From the NCBI GenBank assembly GCA_041737745.1, contig JBGSRC010000003.1:36631-100630 (forward strand): 64,000 bases of DNA, written 5' to 3'. Of this stretch, positions 18,613-27,798 are shown piece by piece. A program made the position numbers and the translations under genes. The notes beneath the pieces were generated by a model. That model ran no database searches and was not told where the DNA came from. It saw only the letters and a list, made by a program, of their open reading frames with translations. How positions within the stretch are numbered: position 1 is the first letter of the stretch; every line of letters starts with the position of its first letter. Source of the DNA: Candidatus Caenarcanales bacterium (GTDB taxonomy: Bacteria; Cyanobacteriota; Vampirovibrionia; Caenarcaniphilales; Caenarcanaceae).

Positions 18613-19170
18613 ATGCGAGCTTATTTTTTAGGGGCTTTTTTTGCGCTTTCTGTCGGCCTGCAAGCTGTGGCTGCTGAGATCTTTGTGCCTCCGGTAGTGG
18701 CTTTGGCCATCAATGCTCCAACTGGTGGTGGGCTTTTTTTCAACGCCAATCTCGGCAAAAGTGATTTCACACATGAACTGAATGTTGAGGATTTGGTTTT
18801 ACATAGAGCTAGAGCGAGCAGTGACTATCTCATAAATGGCGCTATTTATAGCAATTGTGATTTTCGGCGGCGTTGTGGCGGCTTGGCTACTAGGATGAAG
18901 GTTGAGATTTTCCCGACGCGGGTGGAGCTCCAGAACGGCCTCAATCGAGTTTATGTTGATTTGCGGGGGATAGTTGGTTCGAAGAGCATTGGGGGGAGCA
19001 GGATGGAGATTAGCGATCCGGTTTTAAGGCGGAGTGGACAGGTTGCTGGTCTTCCGTGGCAGGCAGATTTGCAGCTTGTTGGAGACATTGACGAGAGTCA
19101 GCTTGATTTGCGGCGCACTGCACCGGGGGCTTATACGGGTGCATTCAATGTCACTGTTTCGATTCTTTGA
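18613..19170 (+). CDS. Secreted fimbrial/spore-coat-U/DUF4402-like protein
   Basis: Signal peptide MRAYFLGAFFALSVGLQAVAA (ATG 18613 within ORF 18571-19170); C-terminal PGAYTGAFNVTVSIL strand typical of these Ig-like families. Confidence 0.7.
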   Translation: MRAYFLGAFFALSVGLQAVAAEIFVPPVVALAINAPTGGGLFFNANLGKSDFTHELNVEDLVLHRARASSDYLINGAIYSNCDFRRRCGGLATRMKVEIFPTRVELQNGLNRVYVDLRGIVGSKSIGGSRMEISDPVLRRSGQVAGLPWQADLQLVGDIDESQLDLRRTAPGAYTGAFNVTVSIL

Positions 19171-19199
19171 CATTTCAAAAAATTTTTTATTCCTGAAGG

Positions 19200-19505
19200 T
19201 GCTCTTCAAGAAGCTCAGGGGTTGTGTAGAAAACACAGAACAATTCAATTTAGGGGGAGTTTGAGGGGGCCGAAGGTCCCCTCATCATTAATGTTTTCAA
19301 ATAACCTCCCGTGATCTGGGAATTTCTCTGTCCACTGTAGTTAATAAGAATTATTTTGTAATGGAGGGCTTACTCCCCCAAACCCGCTTTGTTGCTGGGA
19401 GAGTATAAGACAGCCTAAAGAAAGCCAAGTGATTGCTTGTTTGATCTCAAGAGGGGCCAAGTTGCTCTTCAAGAAGCTCAGGGGTTGTTAAGGGGCGCCA
19501 GCCCA
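19200..19505. repeat. REP-like node with a 26-bp direct repeat
   Basis: TGCTCTTCAAGAAGCTCAGGGGTTGT at 19200 and 19463; module A at 19253-19284; module D at about 19492. Confidence 0.8.
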
Positions 19506-19549
19506 TTAAGATAAATAATCTCTAAATCTACAGTCAGTCCAAAGATTTT

Positions 19550-20470
19550 TTAAGGAACGAAAGTCTCTAGAAAAATAGCATCACTACCAAGATTCCCCGA
19601 GCGCTGATAATCATTGACCAGCTGAGTCTGACCAGCAGCGTTAGCAACCTGAAACTTGCTAAGAGGACTGGTATTGGCTATAGTGACAACTCTTGGCCTA
19701 AGCACTACAGCCTTCGAGACTATCTCCCGCCCACCCATCACTCCCCGCACAGCCACAAAGGGAGCGAGGTTTCTAGTCCACAATGGCTCATTGTCGAAGG
19801 TGATAGTGGTCACCACACAAAAATCTTTATCAACATCATTAGCTGCTGGCGCAGCTTGCCTACATAGAGGATCGTTGTAGGGAGCAACCTGAAAGCGCCA
19901 AGTCAAATTCATGATCGGTGCTAGTGCCGCTGGGCCTCCGCAGTTATTTGCAGCAAAGAAAGTGCCAGTGGTCGTATAGCAAAGATTGCGGCTGGAGCCA
20001 GCTGCATTGGGTGTCAATCCGGGAAGGGCAGTAGCGGCGTTGGCTGGGACAGTAGCGCCATCTCTGAGCAAAGGATGAATCAGCTGTGAAGAAGCTTTGG
20101 CATAGACCATAGCAAGACACTCAGGCTCATTAATACGAGTTGCATTCGGTGGAAGATTCCCTGCCTCTGCAAATGCTCCAGAGATCGCACTGGCGCAAGT
20201 CCGCGCATAATAACTATCTGCAAAGTCGCGGGCAGCATTACCGACTACAGCCGCATCACCCATTCCAAGCTCCGAATCACGCAAAGAGGCCAGTTCGTTG
20301 GCGGCAGTGAGCGAAGCAGCGTCAGCGGCAGACTTCACGCGGTTTAGCGAAGTCATCAGTCCTGAGACGTCATTGATGAACATCACTATCAAAAAAGCCC
20401 CCATCAAAAGCAGCAAATAGGCTACTGGTGCCAGAATTGAACCTCTTCTGTTTCTTTGTTGAGAGAGCAT
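19550..20470 (-). CDS. TadG/TadE-like pilus-assembly protein (N-terminal Tad domain)
   Basis: RRGS + hydrophobic helix + D......NRVKSAADAASLTAA, the Tad/TadG N-terminal signature. Confidence 0.75.
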   Translation of the reverse strand: MLSQQRNRRGSILAPVAYLLLLMGAFLIVMFINDVSGLMTSLNRVKSAADAASLTAANELASLRDSELGMGDAAVVGNAARDFADSYYARTCASAISGAFAEAGNLPPNATRINEPECLAMVYAKASSQLIHPLLRDGATVPANAATALPGLTPNAAGSSRNLCYTTTGTFFAANNCGGPAALAPIMNLTWRFQVAPYNDPLCRQAAPAANDVDKDFCVVTTITFDNEPLWTRNLAPFVAVRGVMGGREIVSKAVVLRPRVVTIANTSPLSKFQVANAAGQTQLVNDYQRSGNLGSDAIFLETFVP

Positions 20471-20579
20471 GGCCGAATATAAATCCTCTAGAAGTACTAT
20501 GTACCCTGTTTTGCTCAGCGCTAAGCAGGGCTTAATGAGCGCAGGGAAGAATTGAGAAGATAAAGGGAATTTGAGCTAT

Positions 20580-21071
20580 ATGCCAAGCGGAAAAACACAT
20601 GACAAATTGACACTCTATTCCTGTTTACCTTTGGCTCTAGGTGGGTTTTGTTTTGGTTTGGATGGGATTTTGCTCAGCACTTTATTGGCCGGTCATCTCT
20701 TTGGGGGGTTCATGTTTGGGCCCGATCTCGATAGCAAGAGTCTTCCTTACAAGCGTTGGGGGCTATTGCGTTTTATTTGGAAGCCTTATCAGAGCCTTGG
20801 GGGTCACAGATCTTTTGCGAGCCAGAGTCATGATTCACTTTTTGGGCCTGTTTTACGTTTAATTTATGTTGGGCTAATTGTTGTTTTGATTTTCAGTTTT
20901 TTTGGTATTCCCCCCAAAGACCTTGGTCTAGAGCGAGTATTTAGCTTGAAAGAGCCTTTGTGTTGGTTGGTGCTTGGGACTGTCAGTGCTAGTTTTGTTC
21001 ACCATCTAGCCGACTGGGTGATGGCTTTACCGGGCTTAAAGGGGCGCCGCCGCAAGCTTTTTAGTAGGTAA
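20580..21071 (+). CDS. DUF2227 family putative metal-binding membrane protein
   Basis: MPSGKTHD, FGPDLD, RWG.LRFIW.PY, HRS..SH, HHLAD; ATG at 20580. Confidence 0.85.
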   Translation: MPSGKTHDKLTLYSCLPLALGGFCFGLDGILLSTLLAGHLFGGFMFGPDLDSKSLPYKRWGLLRFIWKPYQSLGGHRSFASQSHDSLFGPVLRLIYVGLIVVLIFSFFGIPPKDLGLERVFSLKEPLCWLVLGTVSASFVHHLADWVMALPGLKGRRRKLFSR

Positions 21072-22007
21072 AGTGACAGTGAATGTAGTCCCAACCCCCT
21101 CTTTTGAGCTCACCAAAATGCTGCCATTGTGCAAATCAACCATGGTCTTGACTATAGACAGACCCAAACCTGTCCCCGGAATGCTCTTGTTGATCCTCTT
21201 GAAACGCTCAAAGATGATCTTCATGTTGCCCTCAGCAATGCCGATGCCCGTGTCTTCCACGCTAAAAGAATTTTCCTGAGCAGCATTCACCCTAGCTGTC
21301 ACCTTGCCGCCCGCTTTGTTGTAGCGAATACCGTTTTCGATCAAATTCTCGACTATGCGTTCCACTTTGTCTAGGTCAGCCACCAGCACAAACTCTGGCG
21401 GGATTTCGTTTTTGAGCTCTACATTCGCTTTAGCTGCTTGCTCGGCTAAAACGCTAATCGCTGCTTCTACTAGCGCATAGAGAGAGATTTGTTTGTAATG
21501 GAGCGGTACTGAGCCAGCCTGCATGCGGCTGAGGTCTAGAAGCTCGTTAAGGAGCTTGGTCAGCCTTTCCACTTCTGAGTGTAGTTGTCCTAAAAACTTC
21601 GGGCGAACAGCCGGATCTTCACCAGCCCCCCACAGATAGAGCGTGTCTACTAGCGATTTGACATTGGTGAGAGGGCGACGCAATTCGTGACTCACTTCTC
21701 CTAGCCTGCCTTCAGCGGCTTCACTGGCTTCGATCACCTGCAGATCACCCATGAGATGAAGATTACAGACCAGTGGCTTTGAGGGCAGGTCACTGAGCAC
21801 TCGACTGTAGCCGTCTATATTTAGGGCTAGTAGATCCCGAAGGCCGGCAGCATAGGGTCCGAGCTCGCCTGATGGGGGGAGTTGGAGCAGAGTTTTAGCG
21901 CTTTCGTTTGCATAGAGCAGCCCTTCATGGTCAAAAGCGAGCAGGGCGGCGCTCAGTTTGGCCAAGATCTTTTCGCTGAATTGCGCTAGGTTCGCTCGGT
22001 TGGGCAT
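21036..22007 (-). CDS. Cytoplasmic sensor histidine kinase (HisKA + HATPase_c, PAS-like N-terminus)
   Basis: H-box SHELRRPLT, N-box NLIENGIRY, DTGIGI, FERFKR, GTGLGLSIVK. Confidence 0.92.
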   Translation of the reverse strand: MPNRANLAQFSEKILAKLSAALLAFDHEGLLYANESAKTLLQLPPSGELGPYAAGLRDLLALNIDGYSRVLSDLPSKPLVCNLHLMGDLQVIEASEAAEGRLGEVSHELRRPLTNVKSLVDTLYLWGAGEDPAVRPKFLGQLHSEVERLTKLLNELLDLSRMQAGSVPLHYKQISLYALVEAAISVLAEQAAKANVELKNEIPPEFVLVADLDKVERIVENLIENGIRYNKAGGKVTARVNAAQENSFSVEDTGIGIAEGNMKIIFERFKRINKSIPGTGLGLSIVKTMVDLHNGSILVSSKEGVGTTFTVTLPTKKLAAAPL

Positions 22008-22159
22008 ATTAAGTGATTATTATGTATTTTCCCATGATCTTCGGGCTAAGCCTGTTTATATTTTAGATTATTGGGGTCTTCCTGACTCTTTTCGGGCTTT
22101 CCTCACTTTTCGCTTTGATTTCGATCAAAAATAAAAATACTGATTAATGCCTTAGATAC

Positions 22160-22939
22160 TTGCAAAAACTGAGAATTTTAGTCTCCAATGATGACAGCAT
22201 CCATGCTGCGGGCCTCAAAGCGCTCTGCAAAGTGCTTGTCGCTCAAGGCCACCAAGTCTGCGTTGTCGCTCCTGACAAAGAAAAGAGCGCTACCGGCCAT
22301 TCGCTTACACTACATAGACCGCTGCGGGTAGAGCAGTTGCCGGCGGGTTTCATTCCTGGTTGTGAGGAGATCTATGCGATAGACGGCACTCCGACTGATT
22401 GTGTGAAGATCGCTTTGAATCATCTTTTGCACCCTAAGCCAGATTTGATCGTTTCGGGGATCAATCACGGCCCAAACATGGGCGCAGACATCATGTATTC
22501 CGGCACAGTCAGTGTGGCCGTTGAGGGAGCTATTTATGGGGTCAAGAGCGTCGCTTTTAGTTTGGGCGAGTATCGCGATCATAGTTTTGATGAGCCAGCT
22601 CAGCATGTACCGGCAGTTTTGGAGTATTTATCGAAGCTTTTGCCGGTATGGCCAGCCAATACGCTTTTCAATGTGAATATTCCGGCTATCAGTGCTCAAG
22701 AGTGCAAGGGTTTGACTCTTACTCGGCTTGGGGAGAGAATGTATAAAGATTTTTACGATGAGCGTTTGGACCCAAGGCAAAAGAGATACTACTGGCTTTC
22801 CGGTGATCTTTTAGGGATTGATCCGCAGCCTGATTCCGATGTGACCATGACGGCTAAGGGTTTTGTCTCTATTACGCCTATTACTTTTGAATTGACAAAT
22901 TTCAAGTTGTTGGACGAGTTGAGAGCGAAGCAAGGCTGA
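22160..22939 (+). CDS. surE: 5'/3'-nucleotidase SurE
   Basis: ILVSNDD, VVAPDKEKSATGHS, DGTPTDCV, SGINHGPN, YSGTV, NVNIP. Confidence 0.95.
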   Translation: MQKLRILVSNDDSIHAAGLKALCKVLVAQGHQVCVVAPDKEKSATGHSLTLHRPLRVEQLPAGFIPGCEEIYAIDGTPTDCVKIALNHLLHPKPDLIVSGINHGPNMGADIMYSGTVSVAVEGAIYGVKSVAFSLGEYRDHSFDEPAQHVPAVLEYLSKLLPVWPANTLFNVNIPAISAQECKGLTLTRLGERMYKDFYDERLDPRQKRYYWLSGDLLGIDPQPDSDVTMTAKGFVSITPITFELTNFKLLDELRAKQG

Positions 22940-23043
22940 GCTGAATTTTTAATTATTTCTCTCAAAGCCTGAGGTTGCTTTGGTGACGGCAGTCCCCCCA
23001 AAAAAGAATCTCCCAACCGGAGTATAATCTCTCTAAAAGATAA

Positions 23044-24141
23044 ATGACCACCCAGTCCATGAACTCTCTCCCACCCCCAACAGCAGAATACGAATACAGA
23101 GCAATAGGCTTCGTTCGTGCTTCATTCTCACCCGGCGAAGAAAGCTTCGGCAACGGCAAACTGATCCTAGAAGACGGAACAGAAGTGCCCTCAGTGATCT
23201 ACAACAAATGTCTGATCCGCTTTCTGGAAACAAATAGCGAAGTCTATGTAGGAACCCTCCAAAACTGGACAGTCTACCCAAAAACTCAACCAGAACTGCG
23301 TTTCCAAATCAAATTTCTCCGCAGAACAGGCAATGACCAAGCCCAAGAAGCCAGCGAAGAAGACAATGGCCAAAATGAAGCGCTCCGCGCCCAACTGAGA
23401 GCAGCCTCAGCCGAAATAGCCCGCGATATCCAAAATGATGAAGAACTCCATGAATCGCTGGAAGACGAAGAGCTAAACGCAATAGCCCCCATCGAAGAAG
23501 ACATAAACTATCTGGCAATAGATGAGACCATCTTTTCGATCCGTGGCGCACTGCACAAATGGAACGTCGAAGAGCAAGAGTTTTACCTACAGATCAAGCG
23601 CAACAAAAAAGACAAAAAAGGGACTTTCCTGATGCGCGTAAAAGGCCAGCTGGAAAACTATGTAAAATCAGCCTTCCTCGAAATCTCCTGCGGCCTATTA
23701 GCAGACAATATGACCCTGCAAAGCTATAAACAAATCGGTATTCTCCCCTCTAAACCGAGTAGGGGGCGCAAGTTTGGAGGAACAAGACCGGACTTCAGAA
23801 GAGAAAGACCAGCGCAGATAGTCTCCAATGAAAGCGGCAAGTATGCCAGACCAATGGGACCCAAAGGCGGTAACGAAGAAGATCTCAGCCCAGAAGCTCA
23901 ACCCAAAAACGAAGGCTATTCCCAAGGGATGAATAGAGGCTTTCAGCCTAGAGAATCTTTTACCCCAGCTAACAGTGAAGGCAACAATCAAGAACGCAAG
24001 CCTTTCCCCGCTCCACGCAGACCACTAGGAGGCGCTCGGGGAAGCTTTAAGCTGCCCAAGATGATCGACATGCGTTCCACTAAACCAGGCGAGCCCAGCA
24101 CTGCACCACCACCTTCCAGTAAAGATCAAGGCAATGTTTGA
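23044..24141 (+). CDS. Conserved hypothetical protein (cyanobacteria-like) with disordered C-terminus
   Basis: PPP...YRAIG.VR, W.VYPKT and FSIRG motifs, recalled from a cyanobacterial uncharacterised family. Confidence 0.7.
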   Translation: MTTQSMNSLPPPTAEYEYRAIGFVRASFSPGEESFGNGKLILEDGTEVPSVIYNKCLIRFLETNSEVYVGTLQNWTVYPKTQPELRFQIKFLRRTGNDQAQEASEEDNGQNEALRAQLRAASAEIARDIQNDEELHESLEDEELNAIAPIEEDINYLAIDETIFSIRGALHKWNVEEQEFYLQIKRNKKDKKGTFLMRVKGQLENYVKSAFLEISCGLLADNMTLQSYKQIGILPSKPSRGRKFGGTRPDFRRERPAQIVSNESGKYARPMGPKGGNEEDLSPEAQPKNEGYSQGMNRGFQPRESFTPANSEGNNQERKPFPAPRRPLGGARGSFKLPKMIDMRSTKPGEPSTAPPPSSKDQGNV

Positions 24142-24931
24142 TGTCATTCAAGAAGAGAATTCGCTCTGGCAGATAGCCAAGGAACTGGCTCGCGGCAAAA
24201 AATCGGAGAAGTATTTTCTCGCCGAAGGCAGCAAGACAGTAAAATCTTTGCTGGCCAGCTTTCAGCCGCTTGCACTTTTTACCAGTGCTTCCTTTCAAGC
24301 TGAACTCTATGGACTGGAAGGTCTGGGGACTAAACCAGAAATCATCTCAGATAAACTCTGGGCGAACTTTTCCAGTACCAGTTCACCGGTCAAGCTAGTG
24401 GGCTTGTTTGAACGCTTTTATGCTTCGGAAGAGCACTTTTTTGCCCCAAATCCAGAAGCGCAGACTGTTACACACACCCTGATCCTCGATGCTGTCCAAG
24501 ATCCCGGAAACGTTGGGACAATCTTGCGGACAGCAACGGCTACCGGTTGTTGGTCACGCTTGGTGCTCGCTCCTGAGACAGCCGATCCCTTTTCGCTAAA
24601 AGTAATTCGGGCCTGTGCCGGCCATCTTGGCCAACTGAAAATTTTAAGACTCAAATCAATAGACTTTCTCAAACAAGAACTGAGCAGAAACAACTATGAG
24701 CTAGTGCTACTAGATCCCCATAGCAAAGAATGCCTGAGCAATTTCAAACCCTCCAAGCCAAGCAAACCGCTAGCTCTCGTCTTGAGCCGAGAAGGACAAG
24801 GACTAGCCGAGCACTGGGCTGACTTTTCCGGAGCGCTGCGTCTAGCCCTGCCCATGAGCAACAATGCTGAATCACTGAATGTCGCGGTGGCTGGAGCGCT
24901 CGCCATGTACAAGCTAGGAGGCTTGTTGTGA
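24134..24931 (+). CDS. TrmH/SpoU family RNA methyltransferase
   Basis: FLAEG, LDAVQDPGNVGTILRT, EGQG, LPM...ESLNVAVA. Confidence 0.92.
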   Translation: MFDVIQEENSLWQIAKELARGKKSEKYFLAEGSKTVKSLLASFQPLALFTSASFQAELYGLEGLGTKPEIISDKLWANFSSTSSPVKLVGLFERFYASEEHFFAPNPEAQTVTHTLILDAVQDPGNVGTILRTATATGCWSRLVLAPETADPFSLKVIRACAGHLGQLKILRLKSIDFLKQELSRNNYELVLLDPHSKECLSNFKPSKPSKPLALVLSREGQGLAEHWADFSGALRLALPMSNNAESLNVAVAGALAMYKLGGLL

Positions 24932-26352
24932 GTCAGCCTCTTGGTCAGCCGTTACCAGCGAGCGAGCATGCTATCTCTGTCTCTTTGCCCGCTTGGCAAG
25001 ATGTGATCGACTATGAAGAAGGTCTAGAGCGAGTTTTAGGGAGCCTGCAGGCTGGCTATCCGCGTTTTTTCTTGCATCCTTATGTTCAGGCTCTTTGCAA
25101 GCAGGCTAGTAGTGAGTTTGATTTGAGGTCAGACCAAGCCTGTTTGCCTTTTCCCTCTATGGTTTCGGCTCAGAGGGCTTTGGCTTTTTGTGCTGGTTCT
25201 GGTCAGATTGTCACTGGGCTCGGTGGGCTCAGCTATGTGGTCATTGAGCGGGGAAAGCTCGCCCGTCTCCGCAAATATTGGCAGCATACAGGCGAAATGA
25301 TCAGCTCCCGTCAGGCTAAAGATATTTTGTTTGGCAACAGTCCCCAGAATTCTCTCACACAAATCACAAAGCTCAAAGCCCGTTTAGCCAGTCTCTATCA
25401 GGTCGACAGTAGCGCTGTGTTTCTCTATGGTTCAGGTATGAACGCTTTCTTTGCCTTGCAGCAGGCGGCTTTTAGTCTGAGCTCTTCTAGGCTTGCTGTT
25501 CAGTTTGGTTTTCCCTATACAGACACGCTTTCTGTTCAGAAAGAATTTGGGGAATGTGTGCTCTTGGACTGTACAGATTTTGAGGGGCTTGCGGCGCTCA
25601 GCCCTGCTTTGGTTTGTACAGAAGTGCCCAGCAATCCTCTTTTGAAGACAACGGATCTTAGGCGTCTTTTTGCGCTCTGTCAGTCTAAGCAGTGCCCATT
25701 GATAGTTGACGATACCATTGCTACGCCGATCAATCTGCGCTTGTTGCCGCATTGTGATGTGCTTTGGTGTAGTCTCAGCAAATCTTTTTCGGGGGCTGGT
25801 GACGTTCTAGCTGGGGCCATTATTTTAAATCCAGAATCGGCTTTTGCTGAGCGCTTTGCGGTCTTTTTGCGCAATTATTCGGAGACTGACAGGCTTTTTG
25901 CCGCTGACGCAATTGTCTTGGAGCAAAACTCGCGAGACTTCGCTGAGCGTGTCCAGGCCAGCAACAGAGGCGCTCTAGAGGTTGTTGAATATTTGGCTTG
26001 CCGGCCTGAGACGCTAGAGCTCCATCATCCGAGCCTAATTAATAAAGGTCTTTATGAGAGTCTATTGGCGCCTAGCGGCGGTTTTGGGTCGCTTTTTTCT
26101 TTGCGCCTTGCTGGAGGTGAGCAGGCGGCCAGTTGCTTCTATGACGCCCTAGCTTTGGCTAAGGGGCCTAGTCTTGGAAATTCTTTTAGTTTGGTTTGTC
26201 CTTATGTGCTTTTGGCTCATTATGGGGAGCTAGAGGCTGTGGGGGGTTTTGGTTTAGCGCGCGAGCTATTGCGTTTTTCTATTGGGGTGGAGAGTGCTGC
26301 AGATTTGATTGAGGTTATCGAAGCGGCAAGCCCCATGAAGCGTCTAGGCTAG
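24928..26352 (+). CDS. PLP-dependent Cys/Met metabolism enzyme, fungal Str2-like cystathionine gamma-synthase type
   Basis: LG.PLP...HAISVSLP.W.DV..YEEG, GYPRF, EVPSNPLL, DDTIA, SLSKSFSGAGDV.AG, KGPSLG..FSL.CPY. Confidence 0.85.
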   Translation: MSQPLGQPLPASEHAISVSLPAWQDVIDYEEGLERVLGSLQAGYPRFFLHPYVQALCKQASSEFDLRSDQACLPFPSMVSAQRALAFCAGSGQIVTGLGGLSYVVIERGKLARLRKYWQHTGEMISSRQAKDILFGNSPQNSLTQITKLKARLASLYQVDSSAVFLYGSGMNAFFALQQAAFSLSSSRLAVQFGFPYTDTLSVQKEFGECVLLDCTDFEGLAALSPALVCTEVPSNPLLKTTDLRRLFALCQSKQCPLIVDDTIATPINLRLLPHCDVLWCSLSKSFSGAGDVLAGAIILNPESAFAERFAVFLRNYSETDRLFAADAIVLEQNSRDFAERVQASNRGALEVVEYLACRPETLELHHPSLINKGLYESLLAPSGGFGSLFSLRLAGGEQAASCFYDALALAKGPSLGNSFSLVCPYVLLAHYGELEAVGGFGLARELLRFSIGVESAADLIEVIEAASPMKRLG

Positions 26353-26392
26353 ACGGGAATAGTGTTGACAGACAGCTTCGGGGAAATAGATT

Positions 26393-26839
26393 ATGCTCCT
26401 ATCGCAAAAGCATTTAGATAGAGATTTTATTGAATCAGAGGTACAAAGATCGGCACAGGCTTTGGCTAGTGCTTGGCAGCTTGGTAGGCCTCTTACTAGT
26501 GTGAGGAGTTTGCTTACTGAGGCTTGTTATAAGAGTTTGAATTCTGAGGCACATATTTGCCAGCTGAAGATCAAGGTTTTTGATTTGGCTGATTGTTTGG
26601 GTGAGAGGACGGATCGTTTAGAGATTTTGGGGATTTTTACGCTGCTTGAGGAGCATCGGGGAGATTATGTGCTTACTGGTTTGAAGGGGAGTTTAGCTGA
26701 GGCAGAGTCTTCATTTTTAGTTTTTAAGTGGAGTGAGGTCTCTGAGGTTTGGCTTTTAGATAAGATCAGTTTGCCTTTTGAGGAGAGAGAGTATTTGAAT
26801 TTTTTGTTGAAGACATCTGTTTTAGCTAAGGCTTTGTGA
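26393..26839 (+). CDS. Hypothetical protein
   Basis: 148-aa ORF co-directional with the upstream operon; no family recognised. Confidence 0.65.
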   Translation: MLLSQKHLDRDFIESEVQRSAQALASAWQLGRPLTSVRSLLTEACYKSLNSEAHICQLKIKVFDLADCLGERTDRLEILGIFTLLEEHRGDYVLTGLKGSLAEAESSFLVFKWSEVSEVWLLDKISLPFEEREYLNFLLKTSVLAKAL

Positions 26840-26850
26840 GTTTCTAGGTC

Positions 26851-26906
26851 GCTGTAGGCTAGGGAAATTCTTTTTTTAAGGGGCTGCGCCCCCTAATATC
26901 CCCTCA
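26851..26906. repeat. REP-like node (CTGTAGGCTAGGGA plus module D)
   Basis: Matches the modules at 10555, 17183 and 17212. Confidence 0.65.
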
Positions 26907-26915
26907 GTAAAGAGC

Positions 26916-27200
26916 TCAACGTCTCAAAATTTTAGTCAAGTTCAGCCTAGAAGACCCCAAAAATCGCTCCAAAATAAGCTTCAAAGCAAAAGTCAACACC
27001 CCACGGAACAAAGGCTGAAGTGGAAGCGAAGTGAACTTTCCACTTTCCTCAAAAGTGATCTTTCGGTCTTGCAATGCCTTGATTCCCTCAGTCAGACTGC
27101 GCTCAAATCTACTAGCGCTAAATGCAATAAATAAAGCCCCAAAGCTTAAAATGCAAGCAAGCACACTAAAACAAACAAGAGTCAGTTTTTGAATATCCAT
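26916..27200 (-). CDS. Possible small membrane protein (doubtful)
   Basis: 94-aa ORF with an N-terminal hydrophobic helix, but its ATG overlaps the divergent gene's ATG and G/T-rich strands produce such ORFs by chance. Confidence 0.35.
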   Translation of the reverse strand: MDIQKLTLVCFSVLACILSFGALFIAFSASRFERSLTEGIKALQDRKITFEESGKFTSLPLQPLFRGVLTFALKLILERFLGSSRLNLTKILRR

Positions 27201-27714
27201 GAGTCTAATAGCTTACAAGAATATATTGCCCCGAATCGGCCAAAAAGTCTTCATTGCCCCAAGCGCCGATGTGATCGGAAATGTCGAAATCGCAGATAAT
27301 TCCTCAGTCTGGTTCGCCTGTGTCATAAGGGGCGACGTGAACTTCATCAAAATAGGACCAGACAGCAATATCCAAGACGGCACAATGATCCACGTCACCC
27401 GCAAAACCCACCCCACAATCATCGGCCAAGGAGTGACGATCGGTCACAAAGCCCTTTTGCACGGCTGCACTATCGGTGACTATGCCTTCGTCGGCATGGG
27501 AGCTACAGTGATGGACGGAGCAATGCTGGAACCGAAATCGATGCTGGCCGCAGGTGCCTTGCTCGCTCCTAGGACAGTGATCCCTAGTGGCCAGCTTTAT
27601 GCCGGTATTCCTGCCCGCCCAATGCGCGCTCTGAGCTCTGAAGAGCTCGAATATCTGGAAATTTCTGCGGCAAACTACATAGCGCTCAAAGAAGAATATT
27701 TGACAGCAAAATAA
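27199..27714 (+). CDS. Gamma-carbonic anhydrase family (hexapeptide repeat, YrdA-like)
   Basis: IRGDVNFIKIG..SNIQDG..IH, TIGHKALLHGCTIG, G.LYAG.PA. Confidence 0.93.
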   Translation: MSLIAYKNILPRIGQKVFIAPSADVIGNVEIADNSSVWFACVIRGDVNFIKIGPDSNIQDGTMIHVTRKTHPTIIGQGVTIGHKALLHGCTIGDYAFVGMGATVMDGAMLEPKSMLAAGALLAPRTVIPSGQLYAGIPARPMRALSSEELEYLEISAANYIALKEEYLTAK

Positions 27715-27798
27715 TTTTTTCGCATGGGTTCTACAATGAGAAATGGGATAACCCCCAAATTTACGGGAAATATATCTTAGTGACTGCTCCCCAGAAAT

